A program made the position numbers and the translations under genes. DNA of 64,000 bases from Flavobacteriales bacterium (lineage in GTDB: Bacteria; Bacteroidota; Bacteroidia; Flavobacteriales_C; GCA-002722245): assembly GCA_023251075.1 (NCBI GenBank), contig JAHEZM010000011.1:23663-87662 (forward strand), in the 5' to 3' direction. Below, one piece after another: positions 40,754 through 50,056 of this stretch; position 1 is the stretch's first letter, and every line of letters begins with the position of its first letter. The notes below the pieces were generated by a model. That model saw only the letters and a program-made list of their open reading frames with translations. It searched no databases and was not told where the DNA came from.

Positions 40754-42067
40754 ATGGGAATTATCATTACTATAGTATGGGCTGCCGTTGTTGGTTTTAT
40801 TATTTGGAAACTTCCCTTATTTGGTAAATTCGGATTACAACGAAAAACATTACTGGCAGTATATGGAATTCATGTGTTAGCTGGTATAGCACTTACCTTA
40901 ATTTACAGCTATCATTATCCCGACAGGAATTTAGCAGATACATTCAAATACTTCGATGACAGTAAAGTTTTATATGAATTTCTTTTCACCGATCCAATTG
41001 AATTTTTTAGAATAATAGTGGGATACAAAAGCGACAATATTCATTTGAAACCCGTCTTCGAACAAATGAACAATTGGTATCAAATCAACAATAAATATTT
41101 CTACAACGATAACCGCACTTTAATTAGGATTAATGCAATATTGATGATCTTCTCTTTTGGAAATTATGGAGTACATCTAATGTTTTTCTGCTTTTGTTCT
41201 TTCCTCGGAAAACTATTTATTTACAAAGCGTTTCAAAACGTTTTCAAAGAAAGAAAAACACTACTTTTTTTAAGCATTTTTCTAATCCCTTCTGTAGTTT
41301 TCTGGTCGTCGGGAATTTTAAAAGAAGGATTATTACTTCTTCTTTTGGGGCTCTTATTTTTAGGATTTGAACGCTGGGCAGAAAATCCCAAATCAATAAA
41401 ATATTTTCTAATTTCTGTATTGAGTGTTTGGGGAATGTTTTTCGTGAAATTCTATGTAGTAATTACGCTGACTCCTGGCATTCTTGCCATTTTTTGGTTG
41501 AAAAGAACGCAATACAAAAAACCATTTTTAAAGATGGGAATCACTCATGCAATTTGTGTTATTGCCTTTTTAATTTTTCATTTCGTGAGTCCTTTTCATT
41601 CTTTCATTAATGGATTAAAATGGCAAAAGAAAAATTTCTATGGTTTAGCAAAAACAATGGAGTCGGGCAGTGTAATTGAAACGCAAGATTTAGAAAACAA
41701 CTTACTTAGCTTCATTTTAAATCTTCCTGAAGGATTCATCAATGGATTTTTTCGTCCGTTTATCTGGCAAGGATTTTCATCTCCTGTGGTAATGGCTGCA
41801 GCGCTGGAAAATTTATTATGGATTGTTTTAATCTTCTTTGCTGTTAAATGGTTTAAAAAACCCGATTCAAAACACCTGAGTTACTTTTTATTATTCTTCT
41901 CCTTTACTCTTCTGTTGTTTACCGTATTGGGTGTAGTTACTCCTATCATTGGCACTTTAGTGAGATATAAAATTCCGGCTTTGCCATTTTTAGTTTTATC
42001 GCTTTTCATTTTAATTAATGAAGAAAAAACAAAGTTTTTGGAAGAAAGAATCGGGAAAAACCTTTAA
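40754..42067 (+). CDS. Polytopic membrane protein, possibly GT-C fold or polysaccharide polymerase-like
   Basis: About 11 TM segments; acidic first loop ADTFKYFDD; PS..FWSSG.LKE; GTLVRYK. Confidence 0.7.
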   Translation: MGIIITIVWAAVVGFIIWKLPLFGKFGLQRKTLLAVYGIHVLAGIALTLIYSYHYPDRNLADTFKYFDDSKVLYEFLFTDPIEFFRIIVGYKSDNIHLKPVFEQMNNWYQINNKYFYNDNRTLIRINAILMIFSFGNYGVHLMFFCFCSFLGKLFIYKAFQNVFKERKTLLFLSIFLIPSVVFWSSGILKEGLLLLLLGLLFLGFERWAENPKSIKYFLISVLSVWGMFFVKFYVVITLTPGILAIFWLKRTQYKKPFLKMGITHAICVIAFLIFHFVSPFHSFINGLKWQKKNFYGLAKTMESGSVIETQDLENNLLSFILNLPEGFINGFFRPFIWQGFSSPVVMAAALENLLWIVLIFFAVKWFKKPDSKHLSYFLLFFSFTLLLFTVLGVVTPIIGTLVRYKIPALPFLVLSLFILINEEKTKFLEERIGKNL

Positions 42068-42086
42068 TAGGAGTCAACAATATTCA

Positions 42087-42317
42087 CTATTCCATTTTCA
42101 CTAAATCAGCCACCTCTTTACCCATCGCCTTTGCTATCTGTACTAGTGTAAGAAAACTTGGATTGAAATTTTCGTTTTCTATTCTCCTAATCGTGCGCTC
42201 ATCCACCCCACAATCCACCTGTGTTAGATTCTTTTCTTTCCGAAACCTTTTCAGATTATTCTTACACTGAAATAAAAGATAATTTTCTTGCAGAAAAAGG
42301 AAATTTTAAACTTCCAT
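42087..42317 (-). pseudogene. XRE-family HTH gene, probably inactivated
   Basis: Minus frame reads MEV*NFLFLQENYLLFQCKNNLKRFRKEKNLTQVDCGVDERTIRRIENENFNPSFLTLVQIAKAMGKEVADLVKME*; in-frame TAA at codon 4; not in the ORF track. Confidence 0.7.
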
Positions 42318-42383
42318 GTAAACTCGTAACTTCACGAAGTTGCGCTTCGCTAAACTTCATGAGGCAGTTAAAATTTCATCTGG

Positions 42384-42881
42384 TTAGCGTGAAACAGATC
42401 TTTTCTTTCGCGCTTTCTTTTTCTTCTTTTTCCATTTTTCCTTTCTAAGCAAATCTTCTGCTAAATCAATACATAAGCAACAAATATTTCCCCAAGAATC
42501 ATCACCTTCTTTATCGAAATGATATGCATTTACAAAATTGTAATATGCTCGAACTGTATTTTTATTTTTCTTTGCCTCCACTAAAATATTAAACGCCTTT
42601 CGTCGGTAATCCTCACGAAATATATCCTCAACATATTTAAGCAAAATCTCATCAGTAATATTAATTGGTTGATCTAACAGTTTGTTCTGTTCTTTCCTTT
42701 GAGATTTTGATTCGTCATCAGCAAACATGTCTCTTAACAATCCTTGATTCCATGCCAAAAAATCTTCTTTGTTTTTTATAGGAAAAGCCGCTTTAGAATT
42801 CCCCTTCTTATCTGGCTGATATAACCAAATTGTTTTTTCTAATTGTTTTTTTGTTTTTCGAGGAATTCTAAATTTTTTCAT
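42384..42881 (-). CDS. Hypothetical basic protein
   Basis: 165-aa ORF immediately downstream of the antitoxin; Lys/Arg-rich ends. Confidence 0.65.
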   Translation of the reverse strand: MKKFRIPRKTKKQLEKTIWLYQPDKKGNSKAAFPIKNKEDFLAWNQGLLRDMFADDESKSQRKEQNKLLDQPINITDEILLKYVEDIFREDYRRKAFNILVEAKKNKNTVRAYYNFVNAYHFDKEGDDSWGNICCLCIDLAEDLLRKEKWKKKKKKARKKRSVSR

Positions 42882-42901
42882 ATAAAAAAGAATTTAATTC
42901 A

Positions 42902-43303
42902 TTACGATGCCATCTTATAATTTCTCAAATCATAAGGCACATTTAATTTCTCTTGATTGACCTTAAAATAATCGGAAATTTTTCTGATAAAAATCTTACC
43001 CATTCCTTTTTTGTAATGTAATATATCACTTATAGTACCTTTAGAAATACCCGTTTCAGCAGAAAGTTTTGCAGCAGATATTTTATTTTCTTCCATCAAT
43101 GCTTTAATGAATTCAACGGGATTCGATTCCGCAGCTTTAGATTGATTTCTAACATCATAATCCTTAATTAATACATAAAGTAATTCTGCCAATTCATTCT
43201 TACTTTCATCTAAACCTTTTGCAATGCAATCACTTACGATTTTCTCGTATTGTTTACAGTATTTTTGGTATTGTGTTTTGGTATTTATTCTAGAGTATTC
43301 CAT
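42902..43303 (-). CDS. higA: HigA-type antitoxin (XRE HTH)
   Basis: ELL.VLI.DY, P.EFIK.LMEE, SKGTISDIL..K, IRKISDYF; directly downstream of a HigB-like toxin. Confidence 0.85.
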   Translation of the reverse strand: MEYSRINTKTQYQKYCKQYEKIVSDCIAKGLDESKNELAELLYVLIKDYDVRNQSKAAESNPVEFIKALMEENKISAAKLSAETGISKGTISDILHYKKGMGKIFIRKISDYFKVNQEKLNVPYDLRNYKMAS

Positions 43304-43310
43304 ACCTATT

Positions 43311-43622
43311 TTATAATTCTATTTTACAAGCATCAATCTTATTATACTCGGCATGCGAACCGATAAATTTGATAAAAAGATGCACATATTTCTTTCCAAA
43401 AGCGTAGCCACATATCAATCGATAATTGTTGCCACCGATATTAAATACAACTCTTCCGCAATTCAATATATCCGCAGAATTAAAAGTGTTTAAAATATCT
43501 TCAGGTTTTTGCCAATCGACTTCCCTTACAATTTCTAAAAACCTATTAAATGAACCTTTTGCTCGAGCATTCCTTTTACAGTAATCGTAAATGGTTTCCT
43601 CTACAATCAATCGTACTCTCAT
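43311..43622 (-). CDS. higB: HigB-type mRNA interferase toxin
   Basis: W..PEDI..TF.SAD, RVVFNIGGNNYRLI, FIKFIGSHAEYNKID; ATG at 43622. Confidence 0.9.
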   Translation of the reverse strand: MRVRLIVEETIYDYCKRNARAKGSFNRFLEIVREVDWQKPEDILNTFNSADILNCGRVVFNIGGNNYRLICGYAFGKKYVHLFIKFIGSHAEYNKIDACKIEL

Positions 43623-43646
43623 GACCGTGAATGTGAAATTACAAAA

Positions 43647-43662
43647 GTTCGCTTTAGCGAAC
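43647..43662. promoter_or_regulatory. Probable HigA operator
   Basis: GTTCGCT-tt-AGCGAAC perfect inverted repeat 25 nt upstream of the higB start. Confidence 0.65.
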
Positions 43663-43921
43663 AAGTGTTTAGTTAAATATTTTGTTTAGTTAGAACGAAA
43701 ATAAAAATTAATTACAATAATGAAGACTACATAATACAATTTTCCCCAGCCCTTTAAGTTTTTAAGTTAGAGAAACTCCTCTCCTGTAAAAGTTTCCAGC
43801 TTCTTACATTGAAATAAAACACAATATTTTTTTTTGCAAAAAATGAAAATGAAAACTTCCAACACAAACGTTTAGTTTCGTAAAGTCGCCTCCAGCGGCT
43901 GACGGATGCCAAGGGGGAATC

Positions 43922-43957
43922 AAAAAAACAAAAAGGCGACCAAATTAGTCGCCTTTT
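43922..43957 (-). terminator. Terminator of the SPFH gene
   Basis: aaaaggcgac-caaatta-gtcgcctttt with T tail on the minus strand. Confidence 0.8.
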
Positions 43958-43974
43958 CATTTTAGGATTTTATA

Positions 43975-45894
43975 TTATTTCTTTTCTTCACCTTTATCTT
44001 TCTTACCTGCATCCATCATTTCCATTAATTTTAAACCCAATAATCCACTCATAGGATTGGCGTCACCGCCATTGCCATTAATTAAAACATCAGGAATAAC
44101 TTTAATGTGACCTTTACCAATTTCCTCGGTGATTTTGTATTTCGTAAAGTTGTCGCCGCCCATTGCTTTAACTTGCAACTCGTAAGCATTAGCTGTTGAT
44201 TTACCAATAGCCATAATCTTTTCTGCCTCTGCATTACCTGTAACAGAAATTCTTTCGGCTTCTGCATTGGCAATTAATTTTGTTGCTTCCGAATCGGCTT
44301 GTGCTTTTAATCGTGTTGCTTCTGCCGATGCCTGTGCACGCATTTTTGTTGCTTCTGCCTCTGCATGAACTTGTAGCTTCACGCTGGCACCATCACCTTC
44401 TGCTTTTTTCACTGTAGCATTTGCTGTACGCTCAGCAATTTCAACAGATTGTTGGGCCTTTACAATTTCCTTTTGCATATCGGCAATGGCAGTTTCTTTT
44501 TCTACACCCTGGCGTTTTTCTTGCGCTTTTTTCTGTGTTTCAAAAGTCAACTCTTCCTCTTGCGCAATTTTTCTATCGGTTAATGTTTTCATCAAAGATG
44601 CAGGAGGAACGATATCACCAATTAAGGTATCTACCGCATTAACATTGTATTCATCCAACACTTTCCTAATATGATCTTTTGCCGATTGTTGTCTTTCTTT
44701 ACGTGTTCCCAGGAAAGAAATTACATCGCTATCCTGCGCAGAGTTTCTAAAATAGTTACCAATAGTTGGTTCTAAAACTTGCGAAACCAAGTTCACCATA
44801 TTTCCAAAACGCGCAATCACTTTTGGTGCTTCGGTAGATGGAATATGAATGATTTGTGCTACATCTAAGTTAAATGGAAAACCATCTTTTGAACGTACTG
44901 TAATGGTAGATAAATTTTTATCTAAACTGTGCGATTCGCTTCTTGCATTTGCCCAGTTCAATACCAGGTTGGTGGTAGGAACCAACTCAACTTTCATGAT
45001 GTATTTATTCAAAGGATATTTACCCGGACCGTAGGGTTCATTCCATACCCCTTTAAATCCTTTTTCTACAATGTTACCATGTTTAAATTCTTCACCACTA
45101 AGATCTTTTCCTTCTTGTCCGATATAAGAAATGACAACCCCAACATGACCAATAGGAATTTCAGTCATTGGAATTTCTTCTATTTGTACTGCCCACGGAT
45201 TAATGTTGTAAGAACCCGCCAAAATAATTTGAGGTTGCAAACCACGATTACCATTATTTTTCAAGAAAGTATCAAAATCCTGAAAGTTGTTATGTCCCTC
45301 GATTTGTTTACCTGCAATTTGTCCGCCTTCAATAGGAGAACCATCCAGCGTAGTAACAATACCCACCATACTCTCATGAATTTGCACCATTTCTACCACA
45401 CTCACATCAAATAAGTGCGTATTGATTCTATATGAACCTGCTGTGATATAAGCAGTTTGACGACCTTTTTGTCCACTATTATTTAAAAAATTTTCAGAAT
45501 CCTGAAAATTATCACACTCTACTTTTCTACCCAGAATGGCACCAGTAGGAATCTCTGCTCCATCTTTAGCCAGTATCAAACCTATTTTACCTTGAGGAAT
45601 TACGATAAATGCCTGTTGTTTTATTTCGTACTGCCAAACCCATTTCCAGAAATACAAACCAGGAGCTAAAGTTTTAGCTTGAAAACCAGCTTCACCTTTT
45701 GTTGCGATAATTCTTCCATCAGGCATTTCCCGATTGCTGCCAATCAACACGAATTTTTTAGTTACCAAACCTATTTTATCTTCCGGAATAATTACCATTC
45801 CAAATAGAACACGCAAAATAAATTTGTAGAAAATTACCATAAGAACAATCACTACTACCCACCAGTAGTTTGTGAAAAAATCCAAGAGTGTCAT
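43975..45894 (-). CDS. SPFH/flotillin-family membrane protein with N-terminal repeats
   Basis: N-terminal TM helix, band-7 core (ITVRSKDGF.F.LDV, YFRNSAQ), AEA-rich coiled coil. Confidence 0.88.
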   Translation of the reverse strand: MTLLDFFTNYWWVVVIVLMVIFYKFILRVLFGMVIIPEDKIGLVTKKFVLIGSNREMPDGRIIATKGEAGFQAKTLAPGLYFWKWVWQYEIKQQAFIVIPQGKIGLILAKDGAEIPTGAILGRKVECDNFQDSENFLNNSGQKGRQTAYITAGSYRINTHLFDVSVVEMVQIHESMVGIVTTLDGSPIEGGQIAGKQIEGHNNFQDFDTFLKNNGNRGLQPQIILAGSYNINPWAVQIEEIPMTEIPIGHVGVVISYIGQEGKDLSGEEFKHGNIVEKGFKGVWNEPYGPGKYPLNKYIMKVELVPTTNLVLNWANARSESHSLDKNLSTITVRSKDGFPFNLDVAQIIHIPSTEAPKVIARFGNMVNLVSQVLEPTIGNYFRNSAQDSDVISFLGTRKERQQSAKDHIRKVLDEYNVNAVDTLIGDIVPPASLMKTLTDRKIAQEEELTFETQKKAQEKRQGVEKETAIADMQKEIVKAQQSVEIAERTANATVKKAEGDGASVKLQVHAEAEATKMRAQASAEATRLKAQADSEATKLIANAEAERISVTGNAEAEKIMAIGKSTANAYELQVKAMGGDNFTKYKITEEIGKGHIKVIPDVLINGNGGDANPMSGLLGLKLMEMMDAGKKDKGEEKK

Positions 45895-45974
45895 AATTTT
45901 ATTTAGTTAATTGATTTCAGTAAATGTAAAAAATTCACAATTACTTCAATGTGTTTTTCTGCAATTAGCTTATT

Positions 45975-48077
45975 TTAACTAATCCTGCTCCAATTGCTTT
46001 TAGGATCGGTAATTTCGTTTAATCTTTGGGCAATATATCTGTTCTCGGGTTTAGAAATATTTTCATCTTCCTGCAAAATCTCAATAGCTTTTTGTCGGGC
46101 TATTTGAAGCGCTTGCGAATCTTTCACCAAGTCGGCAATTTTAAAATCCAGCATTCCGCTTTGTCGTGTTCCCTCGATATCTCCGGGGCCACGCAATTTC
46201 AAATCTACCTCGGCAATTTTAAATCCGTCGTTGGTATCACACATGGTGCGCATACGTGTTTTTGCTTCCGCACTTAATTTATCGGCGGTCATTAAAATGC
46301 AATAAGATTGTTCTGCACCCCTCCCCACTCTACCACGCAACTGATGTAATTGCGATAAGCCAAAACGTTCGGCACTTTCAATAATCATTACCGATGCATT
46401 AGGAACATTCACGCCTACTTCAATAACAGTGGTGGCCACCATGATCTGACAAACCCCATCTTTGAAACGTTTCATTTCAAAATCTTTGGCATCGGGCTTC
46501 ATTCGTCCGTGCATTACTGCAATTTGATAATGCGGAGGTTCAAAAGCACGCAACAAACTTTCATATCCATCCATTAAATCTTTGTAATCCATTGCTTCCG
46601 ATTCTTCAATGAGAGGATATACCACATATACTTGTCGGCCCAAAGCTATTTGATCGCGCATAAAACCAAACACGCGCAATCGTGCACCATCAGTAAAATG
46701 TTTGGTCATAATTGGTTTTCTTCCCGGCGGCAATTCATCAATAATGGAGGTATCTAAATCACCATATAAAGTCATTGCTAATGTTCGGGGTATTGGTGTT
46801 GCAGTCATCACCAAAACATGAGGAGCGCGCGTATTTTTTTTCCACAATTTAGAACGTTGCGCCACACCAAAACGATGTTGTTCATCGATCACCACCAATC
46901 CTAAATTTTTAAAAACTACAGGATCTTCAATCAATGCGTGAGTACCTACAATTACTTGTAAACTACCTCCACTTAAATTTTCTAAAATAGACTGCCGTTC
47001 TTTTCCTTTAATGGAACCAGTGAGTAATTTAACATGAATATTAAGCGGCTCGAGCAACTCAGAAAAAGTAGTAAAGTGTTGTTGCGCTAATATCTCTGTA
47101 GGAGCCATAATGGCTGCCTGAAAACCATTGTCGAGAGCAATTAAAATACTCATGAGCGCCACCATCGTTTTACCACTTCCCACATCACCCTGCAACAAAC
47201 GATTCATATGTTTCCCTGAACCCATGTCTTTACGAATTTCCTTGATCACACGCTTTTGAGCACCGGTTAATTCGAAAGGTAAATGCTTGCTGTAAAAACC
47301 ATTGAAATGATCTCCTACTTTATCGAAAATAAACCCTGCATAATTAATTTGTCGACCTTGTTTCACTTTCAAAATTCTCAACTGCGCAAAAAACAATTCA
47401 TCAAATTTCAAACGGGCAATGGCTCTATTGGCCATTTCTAAATTTTGAGGTTGATGAATTTGGTGATAAGCTTGTTCTCTCGATAGAAATTGCAAATCGG
47501 CAATGATCTCCGCATTCAATGTTTCCAAAATTTTTCCTTTCAATTCAGGAAGTAAAACAGAAATCATTTTTCTTATTCCTTTACTATCCATTCCTCTATT
47601 CTTCATGTTTTCCGAAGAATTATAAACCGGCTGTAAACCTTTTAATTCTTGCAAGGAAGCAACGGTATAAAGCGTGAGTTCGGGATGAGAAATATTAAAC
47701 TTACTACCAAACAAAGTGGGTTTACCGTAAACAATATATTCTTTCCCTAATTGCAAAGATTTTTTAATCCATTGTGCACCGCGAAACCACACCAATTCAA
47801 GAGTTCCGGTATCATCTTTAAAAATGGCGCTCAATCTTTTTCCCTTACCTGTGCCTACTTCTTCGGCACTCAACAAAACACCTTTCAATTGTACATAAGA
47901 AAGTTCAGGCGTGAGTTGATTTATTTTTTGAAACTGAGATCGATCCACATATTTAAAGGGGAAATGATTCAATAAATCTTCAAAAGAAAAAATATTCAAA
48001 TCCAATTGGAGAGTAGCGGCACGCTGCGGCCCCACTCCTTTTAAAAATTCTATAGATGTTTTTAGAACATCACCCAT
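45975..48077 (-). CDS. recG: ATP-dependent DNA helicase RecG
   Basis: LLQGDVGSGKT, MAPTEILA, IDEQHRFGV, MTATPIPR, QLHQLRGRVGRG, DL.LRGPG. Confidence 0.98.
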   Translation of the reverse strand: MGDVLKTSIEFLKGVGPQRAATLQLDLNIFSFEDLLNHFPFKYVDRSQFQKINQLTPELSYVQLKGVLLSAEEVGTGKGKRLSAIFKDDTGTLELVWFRGAQWIKKSLQLGKEYIVYGKPTLFGSKFNISHPELTLYTVASLQELKGLQPVYNSSENMKNRGMDSKGIRKMISVLLPELKGKILETLNAEIIADLQFLSREQAYHQIHQPQNLEMANRAIARLKFDELFFAQLRILKVKQGRQINYAGFIFDKVGDHFNGFYSKHLPFELTGAQKRVIKEIRKDMGSGKHMNRLLQGDVGSGKTMVALMSILIALDNGFQAAIMAPTEILAQQHFTTFSELLEPLNIHVKLLTGSIKGKERQSILENLSGGSLQVIVGTHALIEDPVVFKNLGLVVIDEQHRFGVAQRSKLWKKNTRAPHVLVMTATPIPRTLAMTLYGDLDTSIIDELPPGRKPIMTKHFTDGARLRVFGFMRDQIALGRQVYVVYPLIEESEAMDYKDLMDGYESLLRAFEPPHYQIAVMHGRMKPDAKDFEMKRFKDGVCQIMVATTVIEVGVNVPNASVMIIESAERFGLSQLHQLRGRVGRGAEQSYCILMTADKLSAEAKTRMRTMCDTNDGFKIAEVDLKLRGPGDIEGTRQSGMLDFKIADLVKDSQALQIARQKAIEILQEDENISKPENRYIAQRLNEITDPKSNWSRIS

Positions 48078-48135
48078 TTTATAAAAATAGGAAAGAAATG
48101 TTTAAGTATCTTGCATAACAAATAACTTTACGAAC

Positions 48136-49119
48136 ATGAATATTTTGATAGCCGATAATGGAAAAATTCCCGCCATAAATTACGGAGGAACAGAGCGTGT
48201 AATTTGGTATTTAGGAAAGGAATTAGTGAAGTTGGGGCACAAAGTTTTTTATTTGGTGAAAGAAGGATCAAGCTGCGATTTTGCTACAGTAATTATTCGT
48301 AATCCGGAACAAAGTATCTGCTCTCAAATTCCTGATTCAATAGATATTGTTCATTTTAATTACTCCCCAAAAGAGGAAATAAAAAAACCGTATATCGTTA
48401 CTATACATGGCAACAGCAACGACAAAAATGAATTGGATTTAAACTCGGTTTTTGTATCGAAAAATCACGCTGAAAGATATGCTTCAAACTCTTATGTGTA
48501 CAATGGATTAGATTGGAACGACTATGGAAAAGTACAACTGAATAACGAAAGAAAATATTTTCATTTCTTAGCAAAAGCTGCATGGAGAGTGAAGAATGTA
48601 AAAGGTGCCATTTCAGTAATTGAACAAACACCCAAAGAAAAATTACATGTAATTGGTGGAACAAGATTAAATATTTCAATGGGATTCAGATTCACCACCA
48701 GTTTAAGAGTTCGCTTTCATGGAATGCTGGGAGGAAAAGAGAAATTACAAGTTTTACAAAACTCAAAAGGATTGATTTTTCCGGTACTGTGGAATGAACC
48801 CTTTGGATTGTCTATTGTGGAAAGTTTGTATTTCGGTTGTCCGGTTTTTGGAACTCCCTACGGATCATTAAATGAAATTGTAAACAAAGAAGTTGGTTTT
48901 TTATCCTCACACTCCAGTGAATTGGCAACAGAAATTCAAAACGTAAATAAATACGACAGAAAAAAATGTCACGACTATGCTATAGAATTTTTCAATTCTG
49001 AAAAGATGGCAAAAAATTATGCGGAAAAATACGAAGTGGTTTTGAACGGAAAATTATTGAATGAAAAAAATCCACAGTTGATAGAAATTCAAAAAGACAG
49101 GTTTTTAAGTTGGGATTAA
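48136..49119 (+). CDS. GT4-like glycosyltransferase
   Basis: IP..NYGGTERV, VYNGLD, W.EPFGL.IVESL..G.PV. Confidence 0.88.
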   Translation: MNILIADNGKIPAINYGGTERVIWYLGKELVKLGHKVFYLVKEGSSCDFATVIIRNPEQSICSQIPDSIDIVHFNYSPKEEIKKPYIVTIHGNSNDKNELDLNSVFVSKNHAERYASNSYVYNGLDWNDYGKVQLNNERKYFHFLAKAAWRVKNVKGAISVIEQTPKEKLHVIGGTRLNISMGFRFTTSLRVRFHGMLGGKEKLQVLQNSKGLIFPVLWNEPFGLSIVESLYFGCPVFGTPYGSLNEIVNKEVGFLSSHSSELATEIQNVNKYDRKKCHDYAIEFFNSEKMAKNYAEKYEVVLNGKLLNEKNPQLIEIQKDRFLSWD

Positions 49120-49238
49120 TCCTGAAAAATTTATCCACTGAAATTTTCCCTCCTTTATCCAACTGATTTAATGCAATTTGAATTTCTTGCCGCTGTTCGT
49201 CAGATAATTCTTAATCCAAAATTATTTTGATTCAAAAA
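49120..49238 (-). pseudogene. Decayed C-terminal fragment of a small antitoxin-like gene
   Basis: Minus strand reads VFESK*FW, frameshift, then ELSDEQRQEIQIALNQLDKGGKISVDKF. Confidence 0.45.
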
Positions 49239-49245
49239 CAAAAGG

Positions 49246-49977
49246 TTAAACTATCACCCCTGCTATTTCCCTAATCAACTCCCTATTCCCTTCGATTGCA
49301 TTACCCACCACAACCACATCAGCACCGGCATCAAAAAGAGCTTTTGCTTTTTCGGCAGAACGAACTCCGCCACCGATAATTAAAGGAATATCGATATTCT
49401 TTTTTACTGCTGAAACTACAACCTCGCTTACTGGATTTAGCGCACCACTACCCGCATCCATAAAAATAAGTTTGAGCCCGAGCATCTCTCCCGCCATCGC
49501 TGTACACACCGCAATATCTCTTTTGTTGGCAGGAATTGGAGTTGTATTACTCATATAACTCACAGAACTAGGTGTTCCACCATCAATGAGCATGTATCCT
49601 GTGGGAATAACCTCTAAACCAGAATCTCTTATAATAGGTGCTGAAATAACATGTTTACCAATCAATAAATCGGGATTTCTACCACTAATCAACGATAAAA
49701 ACAAAATCGCATCAGCATGAGAATTGATTTGTAAATTATCCCCAGGAAACAAAACCACAGGAATTTGTGTATGCAATTTAATCACTTCTATACAATCGCT
49801 TAAACAATCTTGTGTAAGCAAACTTCCTCCCACAAAAAGATAATCCACCTTATATTGATTAGCCAAGTCACAAAGTGCTTCCAAAGAATCTTCGTTTTCT
49901 TTATCGGGATCAATTAAAACAGCAAACTGCTTTTTGCCTTCGGCCGACCTATTAAATATGTGTTGATAAATGTTCAT
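49246..49977 (-). CDS. Geranylgeranylglyceryl/heptaprenylglyceryl phosphate synthase (group II GGGPS)
   Basis: VLIDPDK, FVGGS, VLFPG, LSLISGRNP..LIG, GYMLIDGG, MDAGSGA, IGGG.R, VVGN. Confidence 0.93.
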   Translation of the reverse strand: MNIYQHIFNRSAEGKKQFAVLIDPDKENEDSLEALCDLANQYKVDYLFVGGSLLTQDCLSDCIEVIKLHTQIPVVLFPGDNLQINSHADAILFLSLISGRNPDLLIGKHVISAPIIRDSGLEVIPTGYMLIDGGTPSSVSYMSNTTPIPANKRDIAVCTAMAGEMLGLKLIFMDAGSGALNPVSEVVVSAVKKNIDIPLIIGGGVRSAEKAKALFDAGADVVVVGNAIEGNRELIREIAGVIV

Positions 49978-50056
49978 ATAAGGTCGGCTAAAATAATGAA
50001 TTTATAATTGTATTAAGTATGAACATTTTGTAAGTTTGCGCAAATTAAATTTTAAC

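Noticed and set aside
43754..43960. 68-aa minus-strand ORF downstream of the SPFH gene
   Set aside because: It starts inside the terminator hairpin, crosses palindromic and poly-T DNA, and has no protein-like features
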